Below are positions 13,694 through 24,721 of a DNA stretch of 64,000 nt, piece by piece; position 1 is the stretch's first letter; the number at the start of each line of letters is the position of its first letter. The notes below the pieces were generated by a model. The model worked only from the letters and a program-made list of their open reading frames with translations. It was not told the DNA's origin and did no database searches. Made by a program: the position numbers and the translations under genes. The stretch spans positions 1,302,001 through 1,366,000 of the forward strand of contig CP075495.1 of assembly GCA_021613535.1 (NCBI GenBank). The letters run 5' to 3'. The DNA comes from Adineta vaga. Lineage: Eukaryota; Animalia; Rotifera.

Positions 13694-14723
13694 ATGACGA
13701 AAACTGTTCTTCTATCAGGTTGTGGGGGTGGATATGATCTATTTGGTGCTTTGCCACACTATTTCAAAATTAAAGCTCAAGGTGACTATGATGTTACACT
13801 GATAAATTATACATTTACAACACATGAGCTTTTATCAAAATATGGTCAACAGTTAACAAAAATTCTTTTTCGTATTGATCCAATTATAGACGCCTCATGG
13901 CTTACAGATGAAATATACTTTCCTGAACAACGTCTAGCTAATGAAATGCACGTATCAATTTACGCAATTCTATGTAATTATGATGAAACACGAATTGAAT
14001 TGATTATTGAAGCTTATCAACATCTCATAGGAAAACGTACAATTGATGAACTTATTCTATTTGATTGTGGTTCAGATGTTTTATTAACAGGAAAAGAACA
14101 ACAATTAGGTGAGCATATCTTTTTGAATGAAATTTTTATCTAAAAAAGTCTTTATTTATATTAGGAACTCCCGTAGAAGACATGTCACATGCACGTGCAG
14201 TACAGTTGTTATCATCGAATGAAATAAAATCAAAATATATTGTAGTTATTGGTACTAATATTGATGTTGGTCATGGTATAATACAATCAGATATCGATGC
14301 TCGTTTAACTGCACTTGCTCCATCGGCTGTCTTCACCTGGTTATTACAGTATGAATATGATGAAGATGTTCGTCATTATGTTGAAATTGTTAATCATTGT
14401 CAACCAGCTCATACAATTGTTCATAGTTTAGTATGTGCTGCATTACAAGGTCATAGAGGATATTACCTTCCAGATCATTTACGTAGCCGTATTAATAAAT
14501 CACGTGTACCACTGTCGAAGAGACATGTATTTCAATTGGTTATCATTTTGATGATGTTATCCGTGATACTATCTATATTGAACGATTAAAACCGTCTATG
14601 AACTTGAAACAAGTATATAATACTATCTATAATAGAATTCAAATTCAAGACAATGATATTTCTGATAAGAAAGTTCTAACACATATTAAAGAAAATAAAA
14701 ATGAAAAATGTTTAGTTATCTGA
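13694..14723 (+). CDS. DUF1152-family protein (prokaryote-type) with one intron (14109-14164) and an apparent 1-nt frameshift at ~14519
   Basis: LSGCGGGYDLFGALP, FDCGSDVLLTGKEQQLG|TPVEDM and SLVCAALQG match recalled DUF1152 motifs. As written the frame stops at 14589; the alternative frame 14520-14723 is open for 67 codons and ends CLVI*. Confidence 0.8.
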
Positions 14724-15656
14724 TAGAAAATTCTTCAACTATATCATTAGTGATTATTATTTGTTTAAAACTTTCGAAAAGAGATAATATTAAATTATTT
14801 ATTGAATTGAAATAATTATTTTTATCATTGAAACACAATAAATACTGAATAATGTATTTTATATTTTCAACTAATATGAGTTAAACTTCACTTTATATGT
14901 GAAATATATTTCATTTTCTTCTGTAAAATTATTAATATTATAAATGGTACAATTTGTTCATTTGGATAAATTGTTTCAATGAAGAAAACGTTCTACAAAA
15001 TCCAAGTTATTTACATTAATTTCGACATAGAAGTGAGAGAATTTACAATCTTTAATTTCGAATAAAAAGCTATTGAATGACATCAATCTATCGAAATCTC
15101 TATTTAATAATTCCTAAAGATGATACAATATCATGATTTCATTCATAAGAAGTATCTATATCAAATTATTATTTGTTCAGTTCTTCAATCTATCAATTAA
15201 AATCATTGATAGAACAATCCGCTCTTAAAACACGATTAAGCACAGAATATAAAATATCTTCCTTTCTATATCTTTCTATGAATATTTTTTATTCAATAAA
15301 TCAAAGATTATTTATTAATACTTTAGAGAAATATTTAAAATAAATTTAAAAATAAGTTTTTTTTTCTACAAGAAAATCAATGATAAAACAAATATTTCAT
15401 TTCTTCTCAAAATATTTAATAAAAAAAAAGATTTTTGTTTTCTTCTAAAATTTATTCAATTATTTATAAAATATTTATAATTTCTCAAAGAATATTTTCT
15501 TTTGTTTTCAAATATAAAAATTAAATTTCTTTGATTTCGAATCAAATTTTAAGAAATATTTCTATCCTCTCATTTTCATCATCAAAACAGACGAAGAAAT
15601 TGTTGAACATAAAAAGATTTTCATTTCTTTACTTATTAACAAAGTTATTTCATTAA

Positions 15657-16852
15657 TGGTATACTGTCAGACCCTAGATGACTCATACTTTATGTACCAA
15701 TTTTGACTCCGTCAATGCACTTTGGCATCAAAAAACAATTTTCGATAATTCACACACTAAAAAATTTAGATTTTAATTTGGAATAAAATGAGATATGTCT
15801 CAATATGGGCTTCCCTTTCTAACTGGATTTTTTAGGCTAAGAACATATGCTTGTACAGCCCTGTATAATTTTCGTGATGGTTTGTCTATAGCAACATGGT
15901 GCGAAGTGTTCAATTTCATTTTCATGCTTTATTTCTATATTCTATTCTATCAATTGTTTAATGTTTATATATCGTTAGCTCCTTCATGTTCATAGTTTTA
16001 TACTATTCAACCAAACTAATTTATCTCAATTTTTGTGAATTATTTTTTGTATTATTTTAGATAGCAGTAAGCAACCAAACCGATTTCAACAAAAAAATTT
16101 CGTCGTTGAGTCAGTCTTCTCTTTAGTTTTACGCATTATCATTGCTCTATTTAACAGATTGTTTTATAATATTTAATTTTTAATAATATTTACATCTTAT
16201 TGTAATCTATATTTAATTGATATTTTTGTGTCACTGTTCTTATTTTTTTAACAAAATAAAAAATAATAATAAAAATAAACAAAAAATATGAACATTATCA
16301 ATTCGATTTTATGTAAATTCCAAACTCCGTCTTGTCTATCTTTACGCTCAGTGATTAGTAATGAGATCTATTGATATGAGCTCAAAAGTATGAGGAAAAT
16401 GTTCAATACGTATCGTATACCTATACAGGAGGTGATCAGTCTCGATTAGCCATTTTGAACTCACCTCTTTCTAGATGGATGATTAACGAAAACGGCAATT
16501 GCCCGTCATAAGAATTTTTAATAATATCTAATTTCACTTGTAGAGTCTACTATATAAAAATAGTTCGAATTTGTTTTTTGATGTCACAAGATATAGATGT
16601 CACTAGTGAGGAAGTGCATTGTAGCGGCGTAACCAGGATTTTGACGGTGGTGGGGCTCAACCACCTAAATCGGTCTTCTAGGAGGGGCTCATAGTATGAT
16701 TTAACAGTAAAATCTAGTCGGGTGGTGGGGGGGAGGGCTCACAGATCCGGTGGGAGGGCTAAGCCCCCCCCTGGCCCCCCTGGTTACGCCACTAGTGCAT
16801 TGGCTAAGAAATGCACGATAGAAGCACATTTTTACCCTCTGACAGTATACCA
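15657..16852. mobile_element. Non-autonomous TIR DNA element (PIF/Harbinger-like), 1196 bp
   Basis: Perfect 15-bp TIR TGGTATACTGTCAGA (15657-15671) / TCTGACAGTATACCA (16838-16852), flanked by TAA at 15654-15656 and 16853-16855. No transposase ORF inside. Confidence 0.75.
16622..16794. mobile_element. hAT-type MITE, 173 bp, GC-rich, nested in the previous element
   Basis: TIR TAGCGGCGTAACCAGG / CCTGGTTACGCCACTA (15/16 match) and a perfect 8-bp TSD GTGCATTG at 16614-16621 and 16795-16802. Confidence 0.9.
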
Positions 16853-17038
16853 TAAACACGTGTTTTTTTCTTTTTTATCTAAACATTTTCTAGAAAACAG
16901 AATCAAAATCGTCTTCTTCTTTTCTTTTCTTTCTTTTTCACATATAAAACAATGTTATTTAATCAAAAAACACAAACAAAAGCGTTTAATCATTAACATC
17001 AGTTCTTTGTCTAAAACTATTTTAAACTATATTGATTA

Positions 17039-19666
17039 ATGACTGAAGATGATAATCTTTCACAACGTTTTTTTGATGCTGATCAAGAACCAGAACTAAT
17101 CTTAACACCAATTAGTGGATATGAAGTTTATCCAACTGTTTCATTAAAAGATGCTGTTCAACCGATCAATTCTTCACTTCATAATTGTGATACAATGATT
17201 GAAATTGCATTGAGAAATTCAATAAACCCTGCAGATGGTTTAACACAAGACGAATCGGCTTCAATTCATTTATATACAATGCAATGGCCTCGACCTCATC
17301 CAAGTTTATTCACATTACTTAATGAAAAACTTCGTTCACAAGATCGAGATGGTTTAATTCCATGGTTTTATTTTCTTAAATTATTTCTCACAGCTTTGTA
17401 TAAACTTCCATCTTATCGAGGAATAATTTGGCGTGGTGTTAAGGGAAATTTATCTGATCAATATAATGATGATCATTTCTGGTGGGGATTTAGTTCTTGT
17501 ACTGAGACAATGCACAGAATTGAAAAATTTATGGGAAATGATACAACGAGAACTGCTTTTACCATTGAATGTTCATATGGAAAATCAATTCTATCACATT
17601 CATATTTTAAAAACGAGAATGAAATTCTTCTACTTCCTGGAACTTATTTTCAAGTTGTTGATAAAATGAAAGCAACAAATGATTTATTCCTAATTCATTT
17701 ACGTGAAAAGATTCCACCATTTGAAACAATTGTATCACCATTATTACAAATGGAATCAACAACTAATCAAATGGTTTCAACTGATAATATCGCATCAAAT
17801 AATCTCTCAGGTAAGTTGACTTTTGATATTTTATTGAAATTTTATTCATTCTTTAAAATCGATGTTAATGTAATATGAAGAAAATATAAATATTGTTTAC
17901 TAAATTTTTCATTTAAGAAGATTTCATTCATATTTTTAAAATCATCAAAATTATTAAACAAAAAAACAAAAAAATTTCAAAATAATATTTTGAGTAAATT
18001 ACTTCAATTGATCGAGTAATACTAATAATTTTCGATTTCTGTTTAAAACATTTTATTTCAATTCGATTTATTACGAAGAAAATAGTTTTTAGTTTTTTAT
18101 TAATAAATCTTTGATTTAATTGAGATAAAACTGAAAATATTTTGATATTTTTTTTTCAAAATAGATCAAACTGATCTTGAGCTTCATATCGTTTCTTCTA
18201 TAAGTGAAGATATTGAGACAAATTCCAACAATCATTTAAATCAAACCAATTCAATTTCAGTAAGATTTTAATAAAAGAATTTTCTTCAAAAGATTTTTAT
18301 TATTTTTAGAATTCAAATCAAAATAAAATTATTCCATTAAAAACGAATAATTTATCAAATACTTCGAAGAAATTCATTGCTTTTCAACATCTGGTTTGAG
18401 ATATTCATTTTTTAAAAATCAAAATTTTATTTTTTTATTTTTTAGTTTCGAAGAGAAAAGGTCAAATCAAGAAGTAAAAAGATTCAAATTTCTGTTTTTT
18501 AGTTCTAAATTAATCAAAAAGAAGTAAAAAGTTTGATAAATCAATCGAATATTTCTTTCAAATTAAGAAGAAAATCTTTTGTTTTTCTCAAAAAATTCAT
18601 TCAAATCTTTTTCGAAGTAAAATCTTTTTTTAAGTTTCTCGAAACATATCTGCAAACGAAACTTCAATTCAATGATTATTTCGTTTTTCTATTTTGGAAT
18701 AAAGGTTGAAATTGAATTTTCATCAACAAAAATCTTCTCACAAAAATATTTCTCGTCTTTCTTCTTTTTCTAGAAACAAAGTTCAAACAAAATGCACAAA
18801 CTGTTGCTGGAGGAAATGAACAAGGAGATAAATTAAATCAATTCAATGAACCTTATGGAATCTTTGTTGACAAACACAAAAGTATCTATATTGCTGATTG
18901 TGGAAATCATCGTATTGTTCAATGGAAATATAATGCGGAAGAAGGACAAATAGTTGCAGGTGGAAATGGAAAAGGAAATAGAATTGATCAATTGGAAAAA
19001 CCAACAGATGTGATTGTTGATCAATCTAGTCACTCAATCATCATTGCTGATCGGGGAAATAAACGAGTAATTCGATGGTTCAACCAAAACCAACAAGAAA
19101 TTCTTATTCAAAGTATTAGTTGTTTGGGTTTATCAATGGATAAATTTGGATTCCTGTATGTTTCTGATTGTGAGAAGAATGAAGTGAGAAGATGGAAAAT
19201 TGGAGAAAACGATGCAGAAGGAACATTAGTAGCTGGTGGAAATGGAGATGGAGATAAACTCAATCAACTCAGTTTTCCTACTTATATCTTTGTTGATGAT
19301 GAACAATCTGTTTATATATCTGATTATTCAAATCATCGTGTGATGAAATGGAAAAAATATGCAAAAGAAGGAATAATTGTTGCAGGTGGAAATAGTGAAG
19401 GAAATAATCTTAATAATTTATATGATCCCAGAGGATTGTTTGTTGATCAATGGGGACAAATCTATGTATCAGATTGTGTGAATGATCGAATAATGCGATG
19501 GATTGAAGGAAAGAATGCTGGTAGAATTGTTGTTGGTAGAAATAGAAAAGGCAATGAATCAAATCAATTTTGTCGTCCCACTGGTTTATCATTTGATTTG
19601 GAAGGAAACTTTTATGTTGCTGATGAGGGAAATAATCGAATTCAGAAGTTTGAAATAATATCTTAA
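17039..19666 (+). CDS. R-S-E clade mono-ADP-ribosyltransferase fused to a C-terminal NHL-repeat beta-propeller (linker exons uncertain)
   Basis: Exon 17039-17810 has SIHLYT, WRGV, FSSCT and NENEILL. Exon 18774-19666 has repeated VAGGN.G...NQL..P..IFVD...YI.D..N.R units. Donor at 17811 and acceptor at 18773 are phase-compatible; candidate linker exons 18165-18259 and 18310-18393. Confidence 0.82.
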
Positions 19667-20255
19667 TAAAACTATTGATTTTAAATTTAAATAAAACTTT
19701 GCTTTAATTATAAATAAAAGCATTTAAAATCAATAAAATTGTACTTTTTTAATTATATACTGAGAACATAGAAGAACTGAATTGTTTTAAGTGAAGAAAA
19801 TAAATTTCTATGAATTTTCTTAAATAATGAATCTAAATTGAAATGAAAATAGATAGAATAAATCATTTTAATCGTCCATTCCTGCGAATTTCTTCCTGTA
19901 TGAAAATAGAAAACTGTGAATAAAATAATTCTGTTAAATGTCTTTAAATTATTAAATATTTAGAAAACAAATATGTCTAAGATAATCTCATTTAAATGTA
20001 ATTAAAATGATAAATTCAATATAAAATCAAATTATATAATTAATTTTTAGAAGAAAAGAAAAAGAAAATTTTGCTCTTGTGTGAATTCGATCATGTTTTA
20101 TAAATTCTGTCAAAATTTATCATTAAAAATATGATCTTTAGAAAAGTTTTATTTTTTATAAAATAAATTGAAATTATTTGATAGAATCTTTTTCTTTTAT
20201 GACACAATTTGAAATAAAATATTTCATTAATAAGTCTTCTAAACTAATTAGATGA

Positions 20256-20313
20256 TTGAGGGTGTGGGTGTCTTGAAGAAGATACGCTAACACCCACACC
20301 CACACCCTCTCAA
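20256..20313. repeat. Inverted repeat built from TGAGGG/TGTGGG hexamers
   Basis: GAGGGTGTGGGTGT (20258-20271) is the exact reverse complement of ACACCCACACCCTC (20296-20309). Confidence 0.8.
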
Positions 20314-21650
20314 AATCCTTCAAGATACCTATATAGAAGACAAAGATCTCTCTAAATTTTCACCAAATGTTTTCTCGCCGTTGAAACTAGTTACAATCGA
20401 CGGAGAATTAAATTCTGCATCGAATGGACTCATTTTTTTTAAACGAGAACTCATTTTTATATAAATTTTTATACAATTCTTTGTTTCGTGGTGCTAGCTC
20501 CATAGTGCTTGCTTCACACCGATAAAACGAACAAATTCTAATGATTGTCAACGAATCGAAGTTTTTTAATTGAGAAAAAAGTTTTCAAAAGAAAAAATTT
20601 ATATTAAAAATGTTTCAACAGATGAAATAACTGATCGAAAACTATTAAAATTCTTTCAGTGAATGAAAACATTTGTTTTTTAAAACAGATCTTTACCTGC
20701 AATGCAAATTTCAATAAATGATGAAGAAAACTCCAAGAAACGTTTTTCACCAGATAATTCATAATAATTAATTGATTGTCAAATAATTCTTCTGAATTAT
20801 CGAGAAAATGTAACTGATCGAATTATTGTTAATTTACTTGAAAAAAAAAGTATTTGTGTTAAATCTATCACAAAGTATATTACCATCATCATTCGTTTCA
20901 TATTCTGATTATCAAAAAGATTTTTATTTGAAACTTTCTTTTCAAAATAATATTTTTTCATATTTAGATTCTTCGTCAAATGTAAATGAATAAATTGATG
21001 AAATATTCCATAGAAGTGGTTATGTAGATATAGATACACATAGACATTTTCGTTTGCTTTGCGTTCGATATATGCTAAACAATGAGTTAATATTTGTTCA
21101 GTGTTCTGTACTATCATAGTAGATTGATAAAATAATGTTTATGTTATAGAAAAAAATTCAAAGATTATAGCTAGTTCAATATTTATTTAAAAAATCTAGT
21201 ATCAAAGGTCCAAAAGTACGACAAGAACATCATTTAATGGAAGTGTTTTTACTCTAACTGATGTTCGTGATAATCGAAAAAATCTTATTGTTGCAATTTG
21301 TTCGATTTGAACCAGAGATGTCCATCGCAGCGGCGACGCTTCGCGGTAGTTTTTGAAAATATTTTTCTACGTGAAATAGTTTTTGTCATTCTTTGAAGGA
21401 ATGAGGCATACTTCTAATGTGTATGAATATAATATTTTAATTAAATGTCCTTCATCATTTGTTTCTTTGTCTGATATTTCAGAGATCAACTTAAAAAAAA
21501 AAATGACTCAAAAATAAATTCTTTTAAATATTTCTCACAAATAATGTTCTTTTTATCTTCAATAAAATAATCTATGACATGAGAACAATTTGTCAACTAT
21601 GTTGATAGAAATATTAAAATTCTCATTTTTTGAGCAGTGTAGAAATCGTT

Positions 21651-21883
21651 AACTCGATTCGAGTATTAAACTTCTTCTCCGCAACTATTAAACTTATATA
21701 TCTAGAAGTGGAAGCTTCGAGTTTTAAACTTATCAACCTCCACACTTTCCTCCTTGCCTTCCAACACCCTCACCTATACCCACACTTTTCTCTTTGCATT
21801 CGAACACCCTCATCCACACGCACACCCTCAAGTTTTAAACTCGATAATTCAAAAGTTTAATACTCGAAACGTCTTTTCGAGTT
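21651..21883. mobile_element. Degenerate foldback/MITE-like element with nested inverted repeats
   Basis: Perfect 16-bp IR TTCGAGTATTAAACTT (21658-21673) / AAGTTTAATACTCGAA (21853-21868), inner IR 21717-21731 / 21830-21844 (1 mismatch), outer AACTCGA/TCGAGTT, and a C-rich CACCCTCA core. No clear TSD. Confidence 0.6.
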
Positions 21884-22376
21884 GTACATATATGACTTTC
21901 CTAAGAATAGTCTTTTGAATGAAAACCAATAAATTCACCCTTAATCAGATACTACCCTCATCACCCTTGTAATCATTGGAACTTCTAGATAACTACAGGA
22001 ACTAAGGGGGCCAACAAAACTTGTAATTATCAACAGAATATAACAACGTCATCGATAAATCCGAAGGCTTTACTGAAAAAATTTTCATAAACTCACATAC
22101 ATTCTAATTTCTTCGTTGAAGAAATTTCATGCTCATTTGTATTGAATCATTTTTCTTCGATGAAAATAGTTGTTTCGACCCTGACTATGCAGAGTGGACC
22201 TATACATACTGCCGATCATCATAAAATGACAACGAAGTCATTTTATAAGTTTCGCAGCGTTGTTAATCTCATTAGTTCCCTTAGTCTCCTTACTTTCGGT
22301 TCGAAATAAAGTCTATTTTTTTAATCTAAATTCAGATTCAAATATAATAGACCATTATATGGTTGATGGTTATGTT

Positions 22377-23090
22377 TATAATTCCCTTTTATGTAAGAAA
22401 GGGTTATAGGCTCGTTAAATAGGATCGCTAAAATGCTTAAAGTTTGTTTGTTTGTTTGTCCAAGCCAATCAGGAAACAGCATTCGATACAATAATCATAA
22501 CTTATTCATACTGATTAGAAGACGAGTCATCAAAGGGTAATCAAGGTCAAGGAATCCGAATCTGCCGTTAGTTTAAAAAAAATTATCTATACAATTTTTT
22601 AAGACAAAGAGTTTTTATGGTTTCTCTAATCCAATCAGAAAATAGCATTTGATTCAACGACAAGAACTTACCTACGTCCATTATGAAACGATTATCAAGA
22701 GGTAATCGAGGTCGAGGAACACGAATCCGATGTTAGTTTTACAAGATATCACTTAATTAATTAGCTAATTAGCTAGTTAAGAAATCATCAACTATGAAAA
22801 TGTCGAGTAAGGGTGGACCGACGGGTAATCGGGGGTGAGGATCACGATTCTGGTGTTAGCTTTTCGAAATTCTAATTAACTAATTATAAGTTATTATACT
22901 ACCATGTAAGAGTTGATGAAAGGGCAATCGAAGTCGAGGATTTCGAAAGCGATGCTAGTTTTTGATGAATTGTTCATCTGAGACCTGTTTTGGTCTTTCC
23001 CTCCCAGAAAACTCAATATTTCATGAGTGTTTGTTCAAGTTCTATCGAAAAGTAACGAGAGTAATGAATTTGAATCTGATGTCAGTTCTA
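22377..23090 (+). mobile_element. DINE-1/HINE-like (non-autonomous Helentron-type) element with internal repeats
   Basis: 5' hairpin TATAATTCCCTTT...AAAGGGTTATA (22377-22408), (GTTT)4 microsatellite at 22442, then 4-5 copies of a ~40-bp motif GGTAATCGAGGTCGAGGA..CGAATC.G.TGTTAGTTT (22535, 22700, 22823, 22922, weak ~23051). 3' end not resolved. Confidence 0.55.
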
Positions 23091-24526
23091 CCTAATCGAC
23101 TCCACCATTGTCTTTTGTCTTTCTCTCCAAGATAGATATGCCAGTGTATAGCTCTTTTTAAAATGGTAATAGACACTGATGAATGGGCTGGTGTTCGTGG
23201 GCTGTGGTTGCCATTGGCATCATTTACGAATTCTGAGTATAGAATTCAGTAAGAAATTGATAAAAAAAACTGCACTCCAGGCAATTAACAGAATAGGTGC
23301 GATACTTATGTGATCTTTCTTTAAACATCTTTGCGTAGTCGACTATAATACATCAGATTATCTGATAGAATTTTTACAAGAAATATATGTATAAAATCCA
23401 GATGAATGTTTGCAGTTGTTTTGATGGATCTAGCTGTGCGTCAAAAATGGAAATAACATTTCAAAACATGGAAAAAACTATTCTAGTCAAATATTCTCTG
23501 ATTCTAGCTACTCATGAAATAGTACCTGGCCTTTCTATTTTCTTTCCGAGAATCATAGTAATACAAAGCATGTGCCTTTTCAAAAGGAGAACAAAAGGAA
23601 TTCACTTATTCGTTTGAGAAATGAATCAAAAGCAGACGAAACAATAAAGACGTCTATGCTAACGGCTAGCCGTAAGTGACCGACCGGAGGGAGGCCGACG
23701 AACGACTAGACGTTGATTTAGAGAGTAACACTTCAGAATATCGATTTGTATTACTTTCACGTGATTTGGACGTTTGTTGGGAGGCGCTTAATTGATGATC
23801 TACGAGAACGAATTCGACAATTTTTTTTTCTCCTGAAAATGACGCCTTCATGCGAAGTTCTTTAGTCTTCGGTTACGAAATAATCTGACATGATGAGCGA
23901 ATCTTTCACCTTACACTCGTACAATTGAAAGGAAATTAGAAAAAAGACCATGCGCATTAGCGATTAGACGTTTGTTTAAGAGCTTTATAGGAAGGAAAAT
24001 AAGCACGGGTGATGCAGTTTTGAGAAATATCAAGCAATCAATTCCATGAATGTTTACAAACAGTATTTGTCTTTTCTTTTCTCTTTCTATGAATGATTTG
24101 ATGATATTTTGAAAGAATGAAAAGATGAAAACACTTTTAAAAGGCTTTTATGTATAAAGTTTGGTTGGATCCTGATTCGGTCAGGTCCAGATTCCGCTTT
24201 ATGGCTTTGCTGAGGACTCTTATCATTCTTTCAGAAAAGGGTCAGCGAATCCAGAGGATGAGCGTTACTTGTTAAGATAATGGTTCTTTATCGTCGAATG
24301 CTTTGGTAAATGAAAACGAAATGAATTTTTTATTTTACTTTGATAATTTAGACAGAAGGTGATGTTTTCAAAATATATTTATATGGTGTTTATGAGAAAA
24401 AGAAGATGAAACTGATTGAGAAAGTGAAAAACTTAGTTGAAGTATAATTATCGTTTTAATTCTTCTAAAGTGAATTTGACTCTTTGATTTTAGACTCATT
24501 CTTTGGTGCATTCTCTACCTTCGTTT

Positions 24527-24721
24527 TCCAGGACGATGATTCCTGAAGCAGTATTCCATGATTTTCCGACTGAAACATTCAGAAAACGCACCGGTTTCGG
24601 TCGGAACCTGTAGGAAATAGACACAGGAATCCGGTGGTTGTATCCGACTGAAACCAGATAGAACCTGCCACCTTGAAAGCTCCGGAACCGACCGTTTCCA
24701 CACCAGATTGTACGACCTGGG
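24527..24721. mobile_element. GC-richer MITE-like repeat, ~195 bp
   Basis: Degenerate TIR TCCAGGACG / CGACCTGGG, internal repeated TCCGACTGAAAC, and a sharp GC step against the flanks. No clean TSD. Confidence 0.55.

Noticed and set aside
16722-17039. 105-aa ORF upstream of the ART gene
   Set aside because: Starts at a GTG inside the GC-rich MITE; an artefact of the insertion.
20797-21310. Transposase remnant (AICSI, BED-finger-like fragment)
   Set aside because: Only a few residues resemble a motif, frames are broken, and no DDE core is visible.
22535-23090. CRISPR-like repeat-spacer array
   Set aside because: Repeats are degenerate, spacing is irregular and long, the first spacers resemble each other, there are no cas genes, and the context is eukaryotic.
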